This document shows, one piece after another, positions 34,306-45,983 of a DNA stretch of 64,000 nucleotides. The notes under the pieces are model-generated. The model searched no databases. It saw only the letters and a program-made list of their open reading frames with translations, and was not told the DNA's origin. The DNA lies in contig CAWJMB010000002.1 of the NCBI GenBank assembly GCA_963843845.1, positions 512,001-576,000 on the forward strand. Direction: 5' to 3'. The translations under genes and the position numbers were made by a program. This stretch comes from an uncultured Gemmatimonadaceae bacterium (GTDB lineage: Bacteria; Gemmatimonadota; Gemmatimonadetes; Gemmatimonadales; Gemmatimonadaceae). The stretch's first letter is position 1, and every line of letters begins with the position of its first letter.

Positions 34306-34515
34306 TCAGGCGGCGCCGGCGATGTACTTCGCGAACCGTCCGCAGTTCGTGCACTTGAGCGTCACGTGGGCGCGCGGAAGCGGCGGAATCTGCAAGGGAT
34401 CGCGCTCGATCGAGCCGGAGCAAGACGGACAGCTGAGCGCGGTCCCGGTGCGGTCGCTCGTGATGAGATGGAGCGCCTGCGCCGGGTTGTACGTGTTCGG
34501 GCGTGGCTTACGCAT
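34306..34515 (-). CDS. Small zinc-ribbon protein (69 aa)
   Basis: AGGAGG RBS before ATG 34515; CPSC...CTNC; own terminator. Confidence 0.7.
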   Translation of the reverse strand: MRKPRPNTYNPAQALHLITSDRTGTALSCPSCSGSIERDPLQIPPLPRAHVTLKCTNCGRFAKYIAGAA

Positions 34516-34699
34516 GACCCCTCCTGATGGGTGCCGCCGGCCGCTCCGACCTCGGGAGCGGAGTCTCTCACCCCTGAATGGTAACCACGAAAATGACCGC
34601 TTCACAGTGGCCGTTCGCCGAGGGGTCTGGCGACGAACGAGAACACGCGGACGATCATTCGTGCGGAGATCGCACGATCTCATCGCTGCTACGCGGACC

Positions 34700-35497
34700 G
34701 TGTCGCTAACGCTGAGAACGCTGATCACTGTCGCGACGGCGGCAGCAAAGTCGACTGGAATCGCGCTCGCCGCTGCGCTGGCTGCAGCGCTCGCGGCCGG
34801 ATGCGGTCCGCACGCGCACATCCCGCCCGTGCCGTCGCCGGCGGCGATCCGCGCCGACACCGGCGAGATCGCCCGCCTGGCGCGCACCATCGCGCCGGTG
34901 CTGCTCGTGCATCGCGACGAGTCGTTCCCGCTCGCGCGCGCCGTCGCGATCGTGCACCCGACGCGTCGCATCATCGCCTACCACCTGCTGTGGCGCGACG
35001 ACGTGATGGGGGCGTGGATTCCGCGCACGATCCCGACCGACGAGGAGATCGTGTGGGTGGGCTACGACACCACGGGAGCGCCGAACGAGCTCTGGACGTA
35101 CTGGCACGGTGCGATCCTGCACATGCCGTGGGACAGGCGACAGGTCGCGATCGACGTGCAGTGGGGCAAGCACGGCTCGATGCCGCACGGCCTGCTCCTG
35201 GGCGACCTGCCGCGCTCCCGCACGATGAACTCGTTCTACGTCACCGGGACGCTGTTCGCCTGGGACTTCTGGCTCGGCAACGTCATGCGGAAGGGGCCGT
35301 GGTGCTTCTGCCACGGCTTCAAGCGCTACCGCTCGTACGAGGGCGCCACCGAGCTGCTGTTGGCACACCGTCTCGACGCCGTCGTGGTCGCCGAGGACCC
35401 TCGGCGGGCGCTGGGGGCGGTGTTCGGGCAGCCGTACTCGGAGAAGCCGTGGTGGCCGTGGCGGACCGATCTCTCGAAGGTGAAAGAGATCTCGTGA
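34700..35497 (+). CDS. Hypothetical lipoprotein
   Basis: Lipobox LAAGC; Trp/His-rich globular domain (YHLLWRDD, DEEIVWVGY, VQWGKHGSMP). Start uncertain. Confidence 0.65.
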   Translation: MSLTLRTLITVATAAAKSTGIALAAALAAALAAGCGPHAHIPPVPSPAAIRADTGEIARLARTIAPVLLVHRDESFPLARAVAIVHPTRRIIAYHLLWRDDVMGAWIPRTIPTDEEIVWVGYDTTGAPNELWTYWHGAILHMPWDRRQVAIDVQWGKHGSMPHGLLLGDLPRSRTMNSFYVTGTLFAWDFWLGNVMRKGPWCFCHGFKRYRSYEGATELLLAHRLDAVVVAEDPRRALGAVFGQPYSEKPWWPWRTDLSKVKEIS

Positions 35498-35555
35498 GAT
35501 CGGCGCGGAGCGTCGAGCGCAGCGCGCCGCGGGCATGGCGACGCCGCGCGCTGCG

Positions 35556-36551
35556 CTAATCCCAGCCGTGCGGCCGGCGCCAGACGCGGCGTCCGATCTG
35601 CCAGCTCTTCTTCGACGATAGCTCGCCCCCGCCGGCCCACAGGTCGTCGTCGTCGAGGGCGTCGAGGAAGCTCGTGGCCTTCGCCGACGACTCGTCGGCG
35701 CGGTGCACGATCTCGGCTTCGACGGTCATCGGCTCGACGGGGGAGCCGTACTCGAGCTGCCCGTGGTGCGCGAGGATGAGGTGTTGCAGCTCGACGAGCT
35801 GCCCGTCGCTGCAGAGCGACCGTCCGACCGCGCTCAACCGCCGCTCGAGCATGAGCACGCCGAGGACGACGTGGCCGACGAGGAGGCCGCAGGGGGTGTA
35901 GGAGAAGCCGCCGGGCCCGATCTCGTACGCCTCGACCTTGCCGACGTCGTGGAGCAGTGCGCCGACGAGCACGAGGTCCTCGTTCGCGCGCGGGATGGTC
36001 TTCACGGTCGCGGCGGCGATGCGGGCGACCTCGAGGGTGTGCTGCAGCAGTCCGCCGATCTTGGCGTGGTGCCCTTTCGTCGACCCCGGCGCGCGCTCGA
36101 AGCGAGTGCGGAAGTCGTCGTCGCCGAAGAACAGCTTCAGGACGTCGCGCAGGGTGGCGGAGCGGACCTGCTGGCGGGCCTTGTCGACCGCGGTCCAGAG
36201 AGCGTCGACGTCTTCCTCGACGTGGGGGAGGAAGTCCTCGACCGCGTAGTGGCCCTGCGGGAGTGGGCGGAGCGGCGCCGTGAGGGAGAGCTGGCGCTTC
36301 TCGTTGCCGTTCTTCGCGTAGCGGGCGACCTCGGCGACGACCTGGACGATCGTCCCGGGCTCGGCCCCCTCGGCCCAGGCGAGCTTGTCGACCCAGACGG
36401 GGGCGGTGTCGATGCGGCCGCTGCTGTTGCCGAGCGTCAGGATGACGAACGGGTCGCCGGCCGCCGTCTTCTTCTCGGCGCGTTCGAGGACGAGGAGCTC
36501 GTGCTGAACGCGGGTGCCGAGAGCGAGGCCGGGGAGGTGAAGCGGAGGCAT
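35556..36551 (-). CDS. yhaM: YhaM/Cbf1-like 3'-5' exonuclease (OB-fold + HD domain)
   Basis: OB region KKTAAGDPFVILTLGNSSGRI; APGSTKGHHAKIGGLLQHTLEV, LLHDVGK, HLILAHHGQLEYGSP, HRADESSA. Confidence 0.88.
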   Translation of the reverse strand: MPPLHLPGLALGTRVQHELLVLERAEKKTAAGDPFVILTLGNSSGRIDTAPVWVDKLAWAEGAEPGTIVQVVAEVARYAKNGNEKRQLSLTAPLRPLPQGHYAVEDFLPHVEEDVDALWTAVDKARQQVRSATLRDVLKLFFGDDDFRTRFERAPGSTKGHHAKIGGLLQHTLEVARIAAATVKTIPRANEDLVLVGALLHDVGKVEAYEIGPGGFSYTPCGLLVGHVVLGVLMLERRLSAVGRSLCSDGQLVELQHLILAHHGQLEYGSPVEPMTVEAEIVHRADESSAKATSFLDALDDDDLWAGGGELSSKKSWQIGRRVWRRPHGWD

Positions 36552-36854
36552 GGGAGGAAAGTCGGCCGAGACGTGAAGGCAGGCAAGGGTGTCGGGCTTT
36601 GTTCGGTATCGTCGATACTGTCCTGGACTGGACTTGCGCAGCAGTGGACGCGCCTGCACTGTGGCGCACCGAGCCGCCTTGGCGCGACGACGCGCTGGGA
36701 TTCGGGCCACCATGGGTATGGTCGTGGGCCCAGCGCAGGCAGCGACCTACGCACTCGCGGTCTCCGACTCAGAAAATCGCGAGAGAGGCCAGCACACAGG
36801 GTGAGTCTCGACGAGTCAGCGTCGCGTGAGCGCGACGCCGCGTACTGCGCGACG

Positions 36855-39598
36855 ATGGGATTCTGGGAAAGGCACGACCATCCGCAGAATCGTCGATGTC
36901 GTCGCACCCCGTCGTCTACCATGGGCTCGACGTGGCTGCGATGGTCGACGCGGTACTTCGTGCGCGTCCGCTCGCGATCGCGCGTATCTGCCGCCTTCTC
37001 GATCTCTCCGCCGACGAGGCGCGGACTCTGCTCGTCGCGCTGGCTGCGTTGCACGACGTCGGGAAGTTCGCGTCGTGCTTTCAGGCGAAAAGTCCCGCGC
37101 ACTGGCCGGCGGCGCTCTCAGGTGTCGACCCGGCGAGCGTCGTGCCGACGCATCACACGGCGGACGGCTACGCACTCTGGTATGGCACGTTGCGCAAGCG
37201 GCTAGCCGACCGAATGTGGCGCGGCGGCGGCCGGACGCTCGACGTGCTCGCGCCGGCCGTGTTCGGGCATCACGGTCGGCCGGTCAAGCAGCGTGACGCG
37301 AGGCGCCCAACTGATTCGATCTTCGCCCCGGCGGGACGAGACGCGGCTGTCGCGTTCGCCGACGCGGTAGTCGCGCTACTCGTTCCGTCACCCCTGACTG
37401 CGGCGGTGCCGACCGAGGAGCGAGCGCGCATTGCGAGTTGGTGGGTGGCGGGGTTGATGACGGTCGCCGACTGGATCGGCTCGAACGACCGGTGGTTTGC
37501 GTACACGGCGCCCGATCCGCAGGACGTCGGGCTCTCACGCTACTGGATGCGGGCGACACACTGCGCAGAGCGCGCGGTCGCCGAGGCGGGTCTCGCGGCT
37601 CCGCACGTTGCGGTCATGAAGTCGTTCACCGCATTGACGAATATCGAGCAACCGTCACCAGCCCAGCGGTGGGCGACCGATGCGTTTCTACCGAACGGCC
37701 CGTTGCTGGTGATCCTCGAGGACATCACCGGAGCGGGAAAAACGGAGGCGGCGCAGATGCTCGTACATCGCCTAATGACGGATGGACGCGCGGCGGGCGC
37801 GTACTGGGCAATGCCGACACAGGCTACCGCAAACGCGATGTACGAGCGGCAGGCGCGCGCGGTCGACGCGCTGTTCGACGCGTCGACGGGCGGACCGCGT
37901 CCGTCGGTCGCACTCGCACACGGCCAGACCCGGCTGCACGAGAGCTTTCGCGCGACGGTGTTGCGAGCGAACGACGAGCGGCTCGACGTCGCGGCATCAC
38001 CATCGTCTGGGCTGCCGGCGAGCGCCGCGTGCGCCGCGTTCCTCGCCGACGACCGTCGCGCGGCGCTGCTCGCCGACGTGGGAGCGGGGACGGTCGACCA
38101 GGCGTTGTTAGGCGCGCTGCCGAGTCGGTTCAACACGGTGCGGCTGTTCGGGATGGCCGACAAGGTCCTCGTGTTCGATGAGGCGCATGCGTACGACGCG
38201 TACATGGGTGTCGAGGCACAGCAGCTCCTCCGCTTCCAGGCCGCGTTAGGCGGGTCGGCGATCGTGCTCTCGGCGACGCTCTCGCGAGAGCAGCGCGAGT
38301 CGTTCGCGACGGCGTGGTGCGAAGGGTTGAACGAGGGGCGGCGGCGAGGAGCGAACGTGTTCTTCGTCGAGACGCTGCCGTCGCTCGTCGAGTCGGAGGC
38401 TTACCCGCTCGCGACGATCGTGTCGGCCGACGGGGTGCGCGAGGATCCGGTCGAGGCGGCAGCGTGGTCGCGTCGGCGTGTGCCGGTGCGACTCGTACAC
38501 GACGCGAGCGACGCATTGGCGCACGTCGTCGACTCGGCGGGGCGGGGCGCAGCGGTCGCGTGGATTCGCAACACGGTCGAGGACTGCCTAACGGCGGCGG
38601 CCGAGGTGCGCGCGCGTGGGTTGCGGCCGATCGTCTTTCACGCGCGGTTCGCGCAGGGGGACCGGCAGGTGCGCGAGCGGGAGGTACTCCGCCTGTTCGG
38701 CAAGGATGGCTCGGCGGAGAACCGTCGAGGCGTGGTGCTCATCGCGACGCAGGTGGTCGAGCAAAGCCTCGACTTGGACTTCGACGTACTCGTGACGGAC
38801 CTGGCGCCGGTGGACCTGTTGATTCAACGGGCGGGCCGGCTGTGGCGGCATCGCGAGTTGCGTGCGACGCAGCGCCCGGCTGGCGTCGTGTGCGAGCTCG
38901 TCGTGCTGTCACCGCCGCCGGTCGCGGAGCCTGAGACGAACTGGCTGACGGCGGTGCTCCCGAAGACGGCGCGAGTCTACAAGCACGTCGGCGTTCTGTG
39001 GCGCACGGCGCGGGCGCTGGCGGACGCCGGGGCCATCGACGCGCCTAACGGCCTACGCGCCCTGATCGAGTCGGTCTACGACACGTCCGCCTCGCTGCCC
39101 GAATCGTTGTTGCCCGCCAGCCAGGCTGCGGAAGGCGAGGAGTTCGGGAACGCGGCCGCAGCGACGCAGGCGACGCTCGAGCTGACCGACGGCTACCACG
39201 GCGACCTGAAAGGATGGGTGGACGACGTGAGGCCGATGACGCGCGTCGGCGACGAGGAGACGACGGTGCGTCTGGCGCGTGTGCTGGCGGGCGGGGAACT
39301 CGCGCCGTGGGCGGCGGCGGCCGGGCCACCGTGGAAGGCGTGGGCCCTGTCCGAGGTGCGGGTGCGCGCGTCGCGTGTGCCGTTCGGGTCGACGGCCGAT
39401 CTGGGATACGCGGGAGTCATTGATGCGGCGCGCAAGACTTGGGGACGGTTCGAGCAGGAGCTCACCGTGCTGCCGCTGGTGCAGCACGCCCATGATCCGA
39501 GCGTATGGGCAGGAGCACTTATCAAGCCGGATCAACGCGTCGTTCCTGTCCGATACGCCGTCGGAGACGGGCTAGCATTTCCGAAGATGGAGGGCTAG
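36855..39598 (+). CDS. cas3: Type I-E Cas3 HD nuclease-helicase
   Basis: HGLDVAA, LHDVGK, GHHG, ADWIGS; TGAGKTEAA, DEAHAYD, LSATL, ATQVVEQSLDLDFD, QRAGRLWRH. Likely true start ATG 36855 (MGFWGKA after restoring one G); tracked ORF starts 36896. Confidence 0.95.
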
Positions 39599-39684
39599 CG
39601 GTCAGCATCTCTTCCGAATCTACGCGCCCTGTGTCAGAGCCACCTATGAGGATGGTGTCGTAGCTCCACCAGAATCCCATCGTT

Positions 39685-41417
39685 ATGTCCTACGACCTTC
39701 GCCACGAATCGTGGATCCCTTGGCGACGCCGATCGGGCGTCGTCGAGTGGGGACCACCGCACCTCCTGACTGATCGCATCGACGACGACCCCATCGTAGC
39801 AACGGCGGCACCACGGCCGGATTTCGACGCGGCACTGCACGAGTTCCTCATTGGGTTGTTCGGTGTCGCACTGCGCATCGAGGATGAGTCGGCGTGGGAC
39901 CGTCGGTGGTACTCGCCACCGACTCCAGCGGAACTACGGACAGCGCTCGATCAACTACCGCCTGTTCTAAATCTTGACGGCGAAGGGCCACGCTTCTTTC
40001 AGGACTTCCCATCTGCCGATCTCGCTGCCGAGAAGCCAGGTACAATCGACCAATTGTTGATCGATGCGGCGGGTGAACAGACGAAAGAATTTAACAAGGA
40101 TCTATTCGTCAAGCGCGAGAGGGTCAGGCGAATGAGTCGGCCAGCAGCGGCCATGGCACTCATTACTATGCAGACATATGCCTCAGCGGGTGGTCGAGGT
40201 AATCGAACATCACTCCGTGGGGGAGGACCACTCACGACGCTAGTTGATCCGCGCGTCGATCGTATCGATAGTCGTGGTCAGAAGATGCCTGCTGATCAAC
40301 AGCCTTTTTGGCAACTGCTATGGGTGAATGTTGAAACCGTGCAGCAGGCTGCACAACGATCCCCCAACATGCAACACAATGCGGTGGCCGACGTTTTTCC
40401 TTGGATGGCACCGACGCGCTCATCCGCGGGGCAGCGGCTGGAGGTGACGCCGGCAAACGCGAATCCATGGCAGGCGTACTTTGGTTTGCCACGGCGCGTC
40501 CGGCTGGACTTCGACATCGGCGGCCAGTGTGAACTAACCGGACATCATGATGAGATGACCGTGGCCGAGTTTCGCTCCCGACCTCTCGGTACTAATTACC
40601 CGTCGGCGAGATGGCGACATCCCCTGACGCCGTACCGCGACGACGGAAGCAATTGGCTTCCAGTACTTGGAAGATCTGCCGGCGCCGCCTGGCGCGATTG
40701 GCTCGGGGCTGTATTTGGTACATCGGACACTAAGCGAGAACCAGCACGTGCCGTTGTGAGAGCCCTCGCGCGTGCGGAGCGTGTGGAGTTGCGTGAGGTG
40801 CGACTCCGCATGACAGGCTACGCTATGGATCAGGCTAAGGCTGACGCTTGGTTGTCGTCGATTCAGCCAGCGTTTGCGGGCGGTGACGGACCTCAGCGTG
40901 AGCGTCTCCGCGATGTAGCCACGCGTCTAACGAATGGTGCATCGATAGCGGCCGACGCACTGTCGGATGCCGTGAAACGCAGCAAGTTCTCTAGGCGCAA
41001 GTCCTCGCCAGGGACGATGCGCGCGGTTGAAACAGGACTCACGAAATCCGCTGAGAGTGATCTTTGCTTTGCGGTGGAGTCGGAGCTGTGGGCGACGACG
41101 GAGGCGGCGTTCTTCGCGGCGATGCGCGCTGTGGCCGCGCCGGATGCCGACGTGACTGCCGCGGACAGCATGTCGCGACAGTTCGCGCCGACGCTCGCGC
41201 GGGAGGCGACGGCGATCTTCGACCGCTGGTGTCCCGGTGACGGCTCCGATCCGGCCGAGATGCGCCGCGTCGTGACGGCGCGCTACAACCTCGTCCGCGC
41301 GTTAGGCGGCTGGACGCCGCTCGGCGAGAAGCTGTTCGAGACGCTGCGTATCCCACTCCCCGGCGGCGGCAAGGCCGTCCGCATCGCGAAAGCGCGCACG
41401 CGCAAGGAGGCGAAGAA

Positions 41418-41421
<4 letters not shown>
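39685..41421 (+). CDS. cas8e: Type I-E Cascade large subunit Cas8e (Cse1/CasA)
   Basis: DLRHESWIP, PRPDFDAA, PRFFQD, TSLRGGGPLTTL, YFGLPRRVRL, WRHPLTPY; first Cascade gene. Confidence 0.93.
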
Positions 41422-43909
<2,488 letters not shown>

Positions 43910-43913
<4 letters not shown>

Positions 43914-44665
43914 GCGAGCTCGCGTTTCTCTCACGCGTGCGGCTGCGTCGGCACGTCCCCGCCGCGGCGCTGCGCGCCGTGCTCGCGCCGGAGGGGACGG
44001 CCGAGCGGGCGGCGACGGCGCACCGACTCGTGTGGACGCTGTTCTCGGATGGCCCCGAGCGCGACCGCGATTTTCTGTGGCGCGAAGGGGAGCCGGGGCT
44101 GTTCTACTGTCTCTCGTCGCGCCCGCCTGAAGATCAGCACGGCCTGTTCGACGTCGACCCGCCGAAGCCGTTCGCGCCCGCGCTCACGGCCGGCGACCGA
44201 CTCGGCTTCACGCTCCGTGTGAACGCGACGGTCGCGCGCGGCGGACGGCCTGCGGCGGACGGAGAGAAGCCTGTGCGCGGTAAGCCGTGTGACATCGTGA
44301 TGGACGCGCTGCACCGCGCGGGCGGTGGATCTCGTGCGGCGCAGCGGGCGGCGCTACTCGTGCCGGTGGCGCACGGGTGGCTGGCGAAGCAGGGGGAGAA
44401 GCACGGGTTCACACTGCCGCCGCTCCCGGCGCCGCGAACGGACGACGATCCCGACGACGTCGACGACGGCACGTTCCGTGTGCGCGGCTATCGCGTGCTC
44501 TCGATCGACCGGGGACGTGCCGCGCGCCCGCTGCGCGCCGGCGTGCTCGATCTCGACGGGGTGCTCGACGTGCGTGATCCGGCGGCGTTCATCGACGCGG
44601 TGCGGCGCGGGTTCGGGCGCGCGAAGGCGTTCGGGTGCGGGCTCATGTTGCTCCGGCGCGTCTGA
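43910..44665 (+). CDS. cas6e: Type I-E Cas6 (Cse3/CasE)
   Basis: FLSRVRL, AHRLVWTLF, RDFLWRE, FTLRVNAT, GFGRAKAFGCGLMLL. Confidence 0.95.
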
Positions 44666-44701
44666 CGAACTGAGGTGCCTAACCGCTGTGCCTAACGAGC
44701 G

Positions 44702-45640
44702 ATGAGCGACGCGCCTTACGTACCGCTCCGGCCGATTCCGATCAAGGATCGAGCGGCGATCGTGTTTCTCGAGTACGGGCTGATCGACGTCGTCGACGGC
44801 GCATTCGTGCTGATCGACAAGAACGGCGGGCGGATTCAGATCCCGGTCGGCGGGCTCGCGTGTCTCATGCTCGAGCCGGGGACGCGCATCAGTCACGCGG
44901 CGGTCGCGCTCGCGGCGCGCGTCGCCTGTCTGCTCGTATGGGTCGGCGAAGGCGGCGTGCGTCTATACGCCTCTGGTCAGCCCGGCGGGGCGCGTGCCGA
45001 CCGCCTGCTCTATCAAGCGCAGGCCGCGCTCGACGAGACGCCGAGGCTGCGGGTCGTGCGGGCGATGTACAAGTTACGCTTCGGTGAGGAGCCGCCGGCA
45101 CGCCGGTCGGTGGATCAGCTTCGTGGCATCGAGGGAGCGCGGGTGCGGACACTCTACCAGCGGCTCGCGCGGTTGCACGGCGTGACGTGGGACAACCGTC
45201 GGTATGATCCGGCCGCGTGGGACCAAGCGGACGTGCCGAACCGCTGCCTGTCCGCGGCGACGGCGTGCCTGTACGGACTCTCGGAGGCGGCGATCCTCGC
45301 GGCTGGCTACGCGCCGGCGATCGGCTTTCTGCATCGCGGGAAGCCGCTGAGCTTCGTGTACGACATCGCCGATCTGTTCAAGTTCGAGACGGTCGTGCCG
45401 GCGGCGTTCTCGGTCGCCGGGAAGGTGGAGCGTGGGCAGGGTGGCGGGATGCCCATCGAACGTCAGGTGCGGCTTGCGTGTCGAGACGCGTTCCGCAGGA
45501 CGAAGCTGCTCGAGCGGATCATTCCCACGATCGGCGAACTGCTCACGGCGAGTGGCGTCACGCCGCCGGCCGACGCCCCCGAGGGGCAGGCGCCGGCGCT
45601 CCCGGCTCCGGTATCAGGCGATGATGGTCATCGCGGTTGA
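44702..45640 (+). CDS. cas1: Type I-E Cas1
   Basis: LMLEPGTRISHAAV, WVGEGGVRLY, QLRGIEGARVR, GYAPAIGFLH, SFVYDIADLFK. Confidence 0.97.
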   Translation: MSDAPYVPLRPIPIKDRAAIVFLEYGLIDVVDGAFVLIDKNGGRIQIPVGGLACLMLEPGTRISHAAVALAARVACLLVWVGEGGVRLYASGQPGGARADRLLYQAQAALDETPRLRVVRAMYKLRFGEEPPARRSVDQLRGIEGARVRTLYQRLARLHGVTWDNRRYDPAAWDQADVPNRCLSAATACLYGLSEAAILAAGYAPAIGFLHRGKPLSFVYDIADLFKFETVVPAAFSVAGKVERGQGGGMPIERQVRLACRDAFRRTKLLERIIPTIGELLTASGVTPPADAPEGQAPALPAPVSGDDGHRG

Positions 45641-45905
45641 GAATGCCCCGCCGCGCCTGCGCGGTCGATTGGCGCTCTGGCTCGCCGAGGTGCGAGCTGG
45701 AGTGTACGTCGGCGTGTACTCGGTGCGGACGCGGGAGCGAATCTGGGACGAGGTGCTGCAACTGCTCGGTGACGGCTCGGCGGTGTTAGCGTGGGATGCG
45801 CCGACGGATTCCGGGTTCGCGTTCGAAACGGCAGGGCCGAATCGTCGGGAGTCGATCGATCTGGACGGGCTGACCTTGGTGCGGTTTTCGAGGGATGCCG
45901 GGTGA
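45621..45905 (+). CDS. cas2: Type I-E Cas2
   Basis: MMVIAVENAPPRLRGRLALWLAEVRAGVYVG...DLDGLTLVRF. Confidence 0.95.
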   Translation: MMVIAVENAPPRLRGRLALWLAEVRAGVYVGVYSVRTRERIWDEVLQLLGDGSAVLAWDAPTDSGFAFETAGPNRRESIDLDGLTLVRFSRDAG

Positions 45906-45983
45906 GATAGGAACAGGTGTTTGGGTCGGTAGGGTTTAGAGCCTCGCCATAAGTCGTTGGTGGGGCTCGTGTTGGTTGTAAGA
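45906..45983 (+). promoter_or_regulatory. CRISPR leader with IHF-like site
   Basis: AT-richer 78-bp segment between cas2 and repeat 1; 45950-45962 reverse complement CACCAACGACTTA resembles WATCAANNNNTTR. Confidence 0.65.

Noticed and set aside
34516..34700. Riboswitch upstream of the Zn-ribbon gene (GCCACTG seen on the minus strand)
   Set aside because: Other conserved cobalamin-riboswitch elements not found; only a simple hairpin is supported.
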